From a virus (taxonomy: Duplodnaviria > Heunggongvirae > Uroviricota > Caudoviricetes): a DNA stretch of 18,529 bases. The notes below the pieces were generated by a model. That model had not been told where the DNA came from. It saw only the letters and a program-made list of their open reading frames with translations, and did not search any database. The number at the start of each line of letters is the position of its first letter. Position 1 is the stretch's first letter. Location: positions 78,208 through 96,736 of the IMG/VR virus record IMGVR_UViG_3300042869_000717, one strand, 5' to 3'. Shown piece after piece: positions 1 through 6,902 of this stretch. A program made the position numbers and the translations under genes.

Positions 1-230
1 ACACCATCATAAATTAAATCATCAACAAAACCTTCCAAATGTATTTTGAAATGTTCTAACTTTTTTTCCGGGAGGGGTGATAAATCATTAACAATATCGT
101 TAATGTCGTTTATACTTCTATAATCCTCCACAACACAATACAAAACCTCTAAATAGAATTGACGAACAACATCAATATCTAATTGACCTTCCACTAGTTG
201 TGATATGTCTGTTATTTTTACTTTATTCAT
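1..230 (-). CDS. Hypothetical protein, 3' end truncated by window edge
   Basis: Manual translation from ATG at 230 (MNKVKITDISQLVEGQLDIDVVRQFYLEVLYCVVEDY...) stays open to base 1. ATGA overlap with the stop of 227..514. Confidence 0.7.
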   Translation of the reverse strand, partial: MNKVKITDISQLVEGQLDIDVVRQFYLEVLYCVVEDYRSINDINDIVNDLSPLPEKKLEHFKIHLEGFVDDLIYDG

Positions 231-514
231 TCTTCATTGCATTTACTTATTTCGTCCCAAATTTCTTGTGATGTTGCAACTTCATCCATTTCTCCGGCAA
301 ACCCTTTAATTCCTTTTCTATATCCGTTTGGAAACCATTCTCCTTCACCATTTAATCTAATAAATGTTGTGAATGAGTTTAGGTTCCAACGAGGTTCAAT
401 TTCACTATTTGGGTTATAAGCACAATCACCATACCAAACATCAATACATCCTTCAACACAAGGTATTCGTGAAAATTTAACCCACCCTTCTTGTAAGTTT
501 TCAAAATTTACCAT
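227..514 (-). CDS. Hypothetical phage protein (95 aa)
   Basis: ORF track; abuts both neighbours in a co-directional run; no recognisable domain. Confidence 0.7.
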   Translation of the reverse strand: MVNFENLQEGWVKFSRIPCVEGCIDVWYGDCAYNPNSEIEPRWNLNSFTTFIRLNGEGEWFPNGYRKGIKGFAGEMDEVATSQEIWDEISKCNEE

Positions 515-516
515 AA

Positions 517-930
517 TTAAATAGGTTTAGCAAATTTCCAATAATCGATTGATTCAAATTCCTCTTCTGTATGTAAACACGTTTTTCTTCCTTCAGAGGT
601 AATATAGATTCCTTTTGACAATGCAATTACATTTCTTCTTTCCCAATTTTTCCCATCCATACTAACCATCATTGGTATGTTGACTAATTCGGGAAGTGTT
701 TCTTGTTTTGATATAGGCATCGGTACTTCCAGTACTCCCAATTCTTGGATGGGCTCTCTTACTATAAAATACATAAATTCAAGACATTCATAAACACTAA
801 TATTCTTTTCATAACAATCAATAATATGGTAAATGTAGTTTTTAAAATCCTCATCACTGTATTTGTAATCTCCTTCGGTGCGTCTGTCTTTTAATCTCTG
901 TAAGTATTCTTCAAATGTCTCTTTTTCCAT
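517..930 (-). CDS. Hypothetical phage protein
   Basis: ORF track starts at a TTG at 948; the ATG at 930 (MEKETFEEY) avoids overlap with the upstream gene. No recognisable domain. Confidence 0.7.
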   Translation of the reverse strand: MEKETFEEYLQRLKDRRTEGDYKYSDEDFKNYIYHIIDCYEKNISVYECLEFMYFIVREPIQELGVLEVPMPISKQETLPELVNIPMMVSMDGKNWERRNVIALSKGIYITSEGRKTCLHTEEEFESIDYWKFAKPI

Positions 931-940
931 TTCTTTATTA

Positions 941-1126
941 TTAATCAATTTTCTCTTCCCATTTATCTTCTAATTCTTTAAATATTTTTAACATTTCAGG
1001 GTCTGTCTCATTATAATATCTACGATTCATATCATCCCAATGTTCTTTAATCTCACTTGGTACTAAACAACACCATTGCAAAAATACATAAAATAAATTA
1101 ATTCTTAATTTTATTTTTTCTTTCAT
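941..1126 (-). CDS. Hypothetical protein (61 aa)
   Basis: ORF track; TAATG stop/start overlap with the upstream gene at 1126. Confidence 0.65.
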   Translation of the reverse strand: MKEKIKLRINLFYVFLQWCCLVPSEIKEHWDDMNRRYYNETDPEMLKIFKELEDKWEEKID

Positions 1127-1302
1127 TATCGATACGTTTCTCTAATTTCATTATCATCTAAATCGTCCCAATCCAATTCATCATCTTCTAATTCATTTGC
1201 TTCAAATATTTTAGAAGAACTTAAATTGTATAGAACATCTCCCAAACTATCCTGTGATAGGATGTACTTCCTAATCTCATCTATTGTAAATGTTTCTCTC
1301 AT
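1126..1302 (-). CDS. Hypothetical acidic protein (58 aa)
   Basis: Start reassigned from 1377 to the ATG at 1302 (MRETFTIDEIRKY), which follows the upstream stop directly (TAAGATG). Confidence 0.65.
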   Translation of the reverse strand: MRETFTIDEIRKYILSQDSLGDVLYNLSSSKIFEANELEDDELDWDDLDDNEIRETYR

Positions 1303-1303
1303 C

Positions 1304-1561
1304 TTATATGTAGGTATTAACTTTATACGCTTCATAATCATAAAGATTTGCGGAGTAATGTGAATATTTTGGGTCAACCAAATAATTGATTGTTTTACCT
1401 GTTTTCATATTTTCACTTTCCCATTCATATTGACCTGACTCGTTTATTCTTGGTAAGGTTGTTACTTGACATTTAATTCCCATACCATAGTCATATTCAT
1501 AATGAATATCACCAATTTTAATCTCCTCAACAATTACGCTTCCTTTTGTGTGTGTTTTCAT
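1304..1561 (-). CDS. Hypothetical protein (85 aa)
   Basis: ORF track; ATGA overlap with the 50-aa ORF upstream. Confidence 0.7.
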   Translation of the reverse strand: MKTHTKGSVIVEEIKIGDIHYEYDYGMGIKCQVTTLPRINESGQYEWESENMKTGKTINYLVDPKYSHYSANLYDYEAYKVNTYI

Positions 1562-1710
1562 TTTTTCTTTTTAACTTTAGGGGTTAATTCACTTATTGGT
1601 TTACCGCATTTGGTACAAACCGGGTCTTTCTCAAGGTCCCACACCTCTTCCATAATAAATGAATGGTTACATTTAACATCAGAGAACTTCTTGAATAATT
1701 TCTTGAACAT
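1558..1710 (-). CDS. Small putative zinc-ribbon protein (50 aa), not in ORF track
   Basis: Manual translation MFKKLFKKFSDVKCNHSFIMEEVWDLEKDPVCTKCGKPISELTPKVKKKK. Has CxH...CxxC, fills the gap between neighbours, and has an ATGA overlap downstream. Confidence 0.7.
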   Translation of the reverse strand: MFKKLFKKFSDVKCNHSFIMEEVWDLEKDPVCTKCGKPISELTPKVKKKK

Positions 1711-1715
1711 ATTAA

Positions 1716-2126
1716 TTATTTTCCATTTGGTTCAAGTTTATGATATTTGTTCTTTAGACGCTCATACTCTATTCTCTCTTTTTCTTCTGTTTGTTCTATT
1801 AATAATTTGTCTTTATTCTCTTTAATTTGTCTAGTTTTTTCTTTGTCAAATTCAATTATTCTATTAGCATCTTCTATAATTTCATCATCCGACATAAACA
1901 AATAATCCGAATTAAAGTCCATTGACGTTGAATCATAACTTCCTCTAAAATAATCGTGAGTGTTTAATGAAACTGAATCATCATAAAAATACATCTCTCC
2001 GGAATCTGAATACATTCCCCACATTGACGAATTTAATTTATTTAATAGAGTTGATACCTCATACGCTCTATTTTCTACCACTTCTTTAGTTTTAATTAAA
2101 TCTAAATACTTTTCTTTTGTTATCAT
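1716..2126 (-). CDS. Hypothetical protein (136 aa) with C-terminal coiled-coil-like segment
   Basis: ORF track; 4-nt gap to the upstream stop. Confidence 0.75.
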   Translation of the reverse strand: MITKEKYLDLIKTKEVVENRAYEVSTLLNKLNSSMWGMYSDSGEMYFYDDSVSLNTHDYFRGSYDSTSMDFNSDYLFMSDDEIIEDANRIIEFDKEKTRQIKENKDKLLIEQTEEKERIEYERLKNKYHKLEPNGK

Positions 2127-2130
2127 CTTA

Positions 2131-2739
2131 TTACACGTTTAATATTCTAATTGATTTGTTTGTACATTCATTCGTTAATCCATATCCGATGTCCAACGCA
2201 TCCGGATGATTGATATTGTTTGCCGTTCTAACAAAATTACCTCGTTGGTGGGGTAAGAAATCGTTATCATCATCTAAGATAACATATCTTTCCACTTCAG
2301 GATGTTCATCCAACCAATATTGTACTTCGTGACCTCTTTCAACTTCATCTATCCATTCAAATAAACCTTCATTATGTAAGTAAGTACAATCCGGTGTGAT
2401 ATCAATCACCTCACCAGGTAAGTTCCTCTTTTCCCACATATCTTTCATCCTCTGTAATCCACCATATCTCCAAGTTGATGATATTACAATCTTGGCACCC
2501 GTTTCTTCAATAACTCGTTTAAGGTTATTAACAAATTGGGGTTGAAATTGACTACCAAACTCATCGTGGTCGTGGGAGTAAACATTAAGAACTCCATCGA
2601 TATCAAGGAATATTATTTTAATCTTTTCCATCTTATTTATTATTTTAGTTGAATTAAACCTCTCATTATCGGTTAATCCCTGACATTTCCAACACCATTC
2701 ATCAGATGTGGTATCAATATGTTGATAACATTTAACCAT
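2131..2739 (-). CDS. HAD-superfamily phosphatase-like protein (resembles the Swiss-Army-knife RNA-repair HAD family)
   Basis: Motif I KIIFLDIDGVLN, motif II IVISSTWR, motif IV YVILDDDNDF. Start is either 2739 (overlaps the upstream stop) or 2631 (MEKIKIIF). Confidence 0.8.
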   Translation of the reverse strand: MVKCYQHIDTTSDEWCWKCQGLTDNERFNSTKIINKMEKIKIIFLDIDGVLNVYSHDHDEFGSQFQPQFVNNLKRVIEETGAKIVISSTWRYGGLQRMKDMWEKRNLPGEVIDITPDCTYLHNEGLFEWIDEVERGHEVQYWLDEHPEVERYVILDDDNDFLPHQRGNFVRTANNINHPDALDIGYGLTNECTNKSIRILNV

Positions 2740-3145
2740 TTTTTTTCTTTGGTATTTCGTAATTATTATCCAACCATTCAAATAATTCGTCAGGTAATTG
2801 ACACGGGTAAAAATCTATAAAATCAAATAAGATTTCTTCCCAATCCATTATAATAACATCAACATTAATGTTATATATTTCCTCCATTTCTTCCGGCATA
2901 ATGCCGTATAATGTGTTGATTCTTTCACTATTACCACCTTTGAAGTATTCCCGAACCATATCTCGTCTTCTTCCCTCAGTTTGGTTTAACCACCAAGTTC
3001 TAATTTCTTTATTGGTATAGGTCTCTTCATACCCCATATTTCTCATTTCAATTTCAGTTGATTCCAACTCTTCCGGAGTAATGTTTGATAATACATCTTC
3101 TAATATTTTTGAATGATATACTCTTGGTTTTTTGTTCTCACCCAT
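2732..3145 (-). CDS. Hypothetical protein (137 aa)
   Basis: ORF track; abuts both neighbours. Confidence 0.7.
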   Translation of the reverse strand: MGENKKPRVYHSKILEDVLSNITPEELESTEIEMRNMGYEETYTNKEIRTWWLNQTEGRRRDMVREYFKGGNSERINTLYGIMPEEMEEIYNINVDVIIMDWEEILFDFIDFYPCQLPDELFEWLDNNYEIPKKKNG

Positions 3146-3148
3146 TCC

Positions 3149-3880
3149 TTACTCTTTATTTAATTGTTCAATAATATATTGAATACCTTTTTCAGTTAAT
3201 TTATAACTATCAGGGAATTCTCCATGACCATTACTTGTCATTTGTAAATGGGCGGGATTGACTAAACTTAAATCTTTTAAAACTTTATGTTGATGAATTA
3301 CTCTTTTAACCCCTTCTCTTTTCTCATCGTTGAAGACATCCTCAAATTTGATTTTTTTTACTAAAGCAGTACTACCTTTTGTAACAGGATTATTTTGGTC
3401 GATTTGTTCATACAACCCCAATTCTTCATCATCCTTCATCATATCAATTAGATGTTGTTTTTGTTCTTCTTTTCCAAAATATTCTTTTGGAATCATAGTT
3501 GCTCGAACCATCTCATCACTAACCCCAATTCCCATTTTGGTTGTATAACCCAAATCTTCTTTTTCCGATAAAGAGGGTCTGGCATACCATATACATTTTG
3601 AGTGATTTTGACCTAAATTATTTGGGTCAACTTCTCTACCTATAGAATTAACCAATACTTCGGTAAATTCAACTTCATAACCATCGTAAAATTTGTATCC
3701 TTTAACCCAAACATAATCTGTCATTGTAATAAAATTGGGGTGTAATGGTAAAGTTTTTTTACATACTTTTTTGGTGTAACTACCTAATTGTTTTGGATTG
3801 CCACCACTATATGAAATACCGGAGTATTCAACAACCCACTTATCATCTATTTTCTTTAATTTACCTTTCATTTCACGCAT
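3149..3880 (-). CDS. Hypothetical protein (243 aa), first gene of the leftward run
   Basis: ORF track; a TAnnTTTG element lies 11 nt upstream of the ATG. Confidence 0.75.
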   Translation of the reverse strand: MREMKGKLKKIDDKWVVEYSGISYSGGNPKQLGSYTKKVCKKTLPLHPNFITMTDYVWVKGYKFYDGYEVEFTEVLVNSIGREVDPNNLGQNHSKCIWYARPSLSEKEDLGYTTKMGIGVSDEMVRATMIPKEYFGKEEQKQHLIDMMKDDEELGLYEQIDQNNPVTKGSTALVKKIKFEDVFNDEKREGVKRVIHQHKVLKDLSLVNPAHLQMTSNGHGEFPDSYKLTEKGIQYIIEQLNKE

Positions 3881-3891
3881 ATTTTATCTTG

Positions 3892-3899
3892 CAAATATA
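3892..3899 (-). promoter_or_regulatory. Bacteroidota-type -7 promoter element (TATATTTG)
   Basis: Exact TAnnTTTG just upstream of the leftward gene run; no matching -33 TTTG found. Confidence 0.5.
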
Positions 3900-3937
3900 A
3901 ATAAAAAAAATGGATATAATGATATGATTTTAGAAAA

Positions 3938-3983
3938 TTAATAAAAAAAAAATCCATCATATGATGGATTTTTTTTTTATTAA
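3938..3983. terminator. 46-bp perfect palindrome; likely intrinsic terminator of the tmRNA
   Basis: TTAATAAAAAAAAAATCCATCAT|ATGATGGATTTTTTTTTTATTAA; begins 2 nt beyond the tmRNA discriminator base and has A10/T10 tracts in its arms. Confidence 0.75.
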
Positions 3984-3985
3984 AG

Positions 3986-4395
3986 TGGAGATGCCGATTT
4001 CGAAATCGGGTGTTGTCCATCCTAAGTGTTTAGGTCTACACGTTTATTCAATTAATTCTCAACTGACAAATAAGAAGGTTTTAATTTTTCCATCATTACC
4101 TACAACTGTGGGAGGTTCACTTTAATAGGTAGACCCTCAAACGAGACCTTGACACTCTTCGGGTGGTATCACACCTTAAGATATTTCTGTTGCAAGGTAC
4201 ATATATCCGTCGACCCCAATGTGTGTTTGCTTACGCTACGTTCACAAGCTCATCTTGACGTACAAGACCTACTAGAGCCATTTTGTTTAAAATGTTGCCA
4301 TTTATAATTTTGTCATCCATAGATTTAAGTGATAGGAAACTTCTCACTACGTGCCCTAAATAAGTAGATATGTCAGTCAATTCCATTTCATCCCC
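3986..4395 (-). ncRNA. ssrA: tmRNA (transfer-messenger RNA)
   Basis: 5' GGGGATGAAATGGAATTGAC pairs with 3' CATCTCC-A, giving a 7-bp acceptor stem with G3.U70 and discriminator A (tRNA-Ala identity). A TTCGAA T-loop-like hairpin is present. TTTAGG/CCTAAA and CACGT/ACGTG pair as in helix 2. There is an internal tag ORF after ATAAAT|GGC. Confidence 0.93.
4231..4299 (-). other. tmRNA tag reading frame, (A)GNILNKMALVGLVRQDELVNVA*
   Basis: Resume codon GGC at 4299 inferred from the TATAAAT|GGCAAC context; 22 sense codons to TAA at 4231-4233. Confidence 0.75.
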
Positions 4396-4409
4396 CTATT
4401 ATTATGGTA

Positions 4410-4440
4410 CAAAGATAAACATAAATATTGAAATTCCAAA
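4410..4440 (-). promoter_or_regulatory. Bacteroidota-type promoter for the tmRNA
   Basis: TTTG (4440-4437), N19, TATCTTTG (4417-4410): an exact match to TTTG-N19-21-TAnnTTTG, 14 nt upstream of the mature 5' end. Confidence 0.75.
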
Positions 4441-4448
4441 CAAAAAAA

Positions 4449-4458
4449 GTATTTATTG
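4449..4458 (+). promoter_or_regulatory. TATTTAT motif, putative late promoter
   Basis: GTATTTATTG 13 nt before ATG 4472; the same core precedes five other plus-strand genes. Confidence 0.5.
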
Positions 4459-4471
4459 TAAAATCATTTTA

Positions 4472-5611
4472 ATGAAAGTAATAAAATTAACTGAATCAGA
4501 CCTTAATCATATTATCAGAAGGGTCATACAGACAGAGCAAGACACTGAAAAAGAGGAAGATAAGAACTTAGTTGTCGGTCTTAGAAATTTTTCTAAAGGT
4601 AGAATTAGTACTGACGAGTTATATAATATCGATAATACTATAGACTATATTCAAACTAAGGAACCTTTAGGTCAATCTATTATAACCATTAAATTTGAAG
4701 ATGATAAAGAATTTTTAGAAGAAATTGACATGGACGAATCAGATGTTTGGTTCATGCAAGCTATTAATTCATACAATGGATATGATTTTCAAGATTCATA
4801 TCAAATAGAACAAGATTTTAAAGAAGGGTACAATGTGTATTATGAATTGAACGATGAGAATAAAGAAACTCTTAAGGACATCGCATCCACAATATTACCT
4901 GAAAAAGAATTTAATCTCGAGAGTGAAGAATACAGACAAGAATTATCCGAAATGTTACTTGATTTATTTCCTAATGAAATTGATTATATCCTCGGGGATT
5001 TTCAATCTGAAAAAGAGCACGAAATGAATACTGTCGCAAAAAAGGCAATCGAAGATGAATTTAATAAACCGTTAGAGGAAAATGGTATTAACCTTAATTA
5101 CAATATGGATGAAGTGGAAATCACTCTTGCCGATTTATATTTGGGTGCGTTACAACTAAATTTATTTAATTCTAATGCCAAAGAGATTGTTACAAAAATA
5201 ATAAATAAGTCTTTTGGAGGGTCAACTCCTGGTGGTTGGTATGAGAAAATTTACGAGTTTCAAGATGAACAATATTTCGATTCAGTATCATTTAATAATG
5301 AGGTTACAAGACAATTTGAAAAGATTATTGAAAAATTAGATGAAAAAAGTGACGAAGAATATACAATTCAAGACTTTGTTGAATTTAGAAACCGAGTTGT
5401 ATCTAAATATAAATTAAAAACTTGGTATGAAACCCCTAAAGACGACAATATTATTTTTCAAATTGAATCGTTTAATCCGGGTAATATGTCAGTTAAATTA
5501 ATTGTCAAAACTAAAGATACCGGATTATTTAAAAAACTTGAATTGGAAGAAGAAGAATTTAACAATTTTTTATATCAAAATACCTTATTTAATTTGGATG
5601 ACATGTATTAA
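4472..5611 (+). CDS. Acidic hypothetical protein (379 aa), possibly virion-associated
   Basis: Start reassigned from 4370 (inside the tmRNA) to ATG 4472 (MKVIKLTESDLNHIIRRVI). No catalytic motif recognised. Confidence 0.8.
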   Translation: MKVIKLTESDLNHIIRRVIQTEQDTEKEEDKNLVVGLRNFSKGRISTDELYNIDNTIDYIQTKEPLGQSIITIKFEDDKEFLEEIDMDESDVWFMQAINSYNGYDFQDSYQIEQDFKEGYNVYYELNDENKETLKDIASTILPEKEFNLESEEYRQELSEMLLDLFPNEIDYILGDFQSEKEHEMNTVAKKAIEDEFNKPLEENGINLNYNMDEVEITLADLYLGALQLNLFNSNAKEIVTKIINKSFGGSTPGGWYEKIYEFQDEQYFDSVSFNNEVTRQFEKIIEKLDEKSDEEYTIQDFVEFRNRVVSKYKLKTWYETPKDDNIIFQIESFNPGNMSVKLIVKTKDTGLFKKLELEEEEFNNFLYQNTLFNLDDMY

Positions 5612-5624
5612 TTTATTACCTTTG
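5593..5624 (+). promoter_or_regulatory. Bacteroidota-type promoter for the peptidase gene
   Basis: TTTG (5593-5596), N20, TACCTTTG (5617-5624); ATG at 5629. Confidence 0.7.
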
Positions 5625-5628
5625 TCCC

Positions 5629-6471
5629 ATGACAAACGATATATTATTACTAAAAGAAGTTCTTAGTGTTCCAACCGTAACTTATAAAGAAGACCTAATG
5701 GTTGAATTTTTACAGAATTGGTTGACCGAAAACAATATAGAACATTATGTTGATGAACACAAAAATGTTTATGCAACCAAACAAGAACTTGAAACACTTC
5801 CTGAGGACTTTTACTTCCCTTGTGTTATTGCACATACTGACACAGTCCACAGATTAGACAATATAATAGTTCATGAAGAACAATTACCTAATGCTCAAGG
5901 TGAGATTAAAGATTCGTTGAAAGCTTACAACTTACATGGATTACCAACCGGAATCGGTGGTGATGATAAATGTGGAGTATTTGCTTGTTTAAAATTACTA
6001 AAAGAATTACCAAATTTAAAAGCCACTTTCTTTGTATCTGAAGAAACCGGATGTCACGGTTCCAAAAAGGCTGACCCTGAATTCTTCACTAATGTTGGTT
6101 ATGGAATTCAATTTGACGCTCCGGAGAACTGGATGATTACCGAAAAATGTTTCAGTCAAGATTTATTTGATAGAGAGTCAGAATTCTTTGAAGTTTGTGA
6201 CCAAGTATTAACCGAAGGGATGCATAACGAAGATATGCAATACATGGTTCATCCATATACTGATGTTTATGCGTTGAGAAGTAAATTTAGTTTTTCTTGT
6301 ATCAACTTTTCAATTGGGTATTACGATTACCACACACCAAACGAATATGTGGTGATTGAGGATGTTTTCAAAGGGATTGAAATGGGAAGACAAATGATTG
6401 AAAAACTTGGGAATAAGTTACACTACAAAGAAGTAGTTGAGATTCCAAGATATAATCACAGATTCTTCTAA
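5629..6471 (+). CDS. Co-catalytic zinc peptidase, clan MH (M20/M28/M42-like)
   Basis: Metal-ligand motifs IAHTDTVH, GIGGDDKCG, VSEETG, QFD and the C-terminal YHTPNE. Confidence 0.88.
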   Translation: MTNDILLLKEVLSVPTVTYKEDLMVEFLQNWLTENNIEHYVDEHKNVYATKQELETLPEDFYFPCVIAHTDTVHRLDNIIVHEEQLPNAQGEIKDSLKAYNLHGLPTGIGGDDKCGVFACLKLLKELPNLKATFFVSEETGCHGSKKADPEFFTNVGYGIQFDAPENWMITEKCFSQDLFDRESEFFEVCDQVLTEGMHNEDMQYMVHPYTDVYALRSKFSFSCINFSIGYYDYHTPNEYVVIEDVFKGIEMGRQMIEKLGNKLHYKEVVEIPRYNHRFF

Positions 6472-6476
6472 AATAT

Positions 6477-6502
6477 AAAAGAGACCAAATGGTTTCTTTT
6501 TT
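6477..6502 (+). terminator. Intrinsic terminator after the peptidase
   Basis: AAAAGAGACC-AAAT-GGTTTCTTTT hairpin followed by a T run. Confidence 0.65.
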
Positions 6503-6510
6503 GTTTTAGG

Positions 6511-6520
6511 GTATTTATTA
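6511..6520 (+). promoter_or_regulatory. TATTTAT motif, putative late promoter
   Basis: GTATTTATTA 2 nt before ATG 6523 and just after a terminator, so the gene needs its own promoter. Confidence 0.55.
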
Positions 6521-6522
6521 AT

Positions 6523-6864
6523 ATGAAAATATTAATTAACGAAAATAGGGTTGATAGTCTAATCAACAAGTGGTTGGAAGATGAATATGGAGGGTTAAAA
6601 CACAAAGTTTCTGTTGATTATCCTGACCTTTATTATTTTATGAAAAATGGTGATGTTGTTATGGAATATTATGAAAAATACGGTAGACTCGGACTTGATG
6701 ATAGTATTATAACTTTCATTATGAAAATGTTTAATAAACCGTGGTTGGAAACTAAAGAGATGGTTGCAGTATGGTTCCAAAATTCATATAATTTAGATGT
6801 TGATATTGTCATAGAACCATTATCAACTACAAGGACTATTTGGAAGTCATATTCCGACAATTAA
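6523..6864 (+). CDS. Hypothetical phage protein (113 aa)
   Basis: ORF track; bounded by terminators; N-terminus MKILINE. Confidence 0.75.
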   Translation: MKILINENRVDSLINKWLEDEYGGLKHKVSVDYPDLYYFMKNGDVVMEYYEKYGRLGLDDSIITFIMKMFNKPWLETKEMVAVWFQNSYNLDVDIVIEPLSTTRTIWKSYSDN

Positions 6865-6870
6865 CCATAT

Positions 6871-6898
6871 AAAAAAAAGGGGATTTTCATCCCCCTTT
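6871..6898. terminator. Bidirectional terminator between convergent genes
   Basis: A8-GGGGAT-TTTC-ATCCCC-CTTT between the stops at 6864 and 6903. Confidence 0.75.
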
Positions 6899-6902
6899 CT
6901 TA

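Noticed and set aside
237-3548. Plus-strand ORFs 237..419, 1466..1825 and 3330..3548
   Set aside because: Antisense to a contiguous, translationally coupled minus-strand gene run; no motifs.
3986-4020. Stand-alone tRNA
   Set aside because: The acceptor 5' strand lies about 400 nt away and there is no anticodon arm; this is the tRNA-like domain of the tmRNA.
4370-4471. ORF-track N-terminal extension of the 413-aa ORF
   Set aside because: It overlaps the tmRNA 5' end and promoter on the opposite strand; ATG 4472 has its own upstream motif.
6595-6860. Minus-strand ORFs 6595..6780 and 6669..6860
   Set aside because: Shadows of 6523..6864(+), which has its own promoter motif and terminator.
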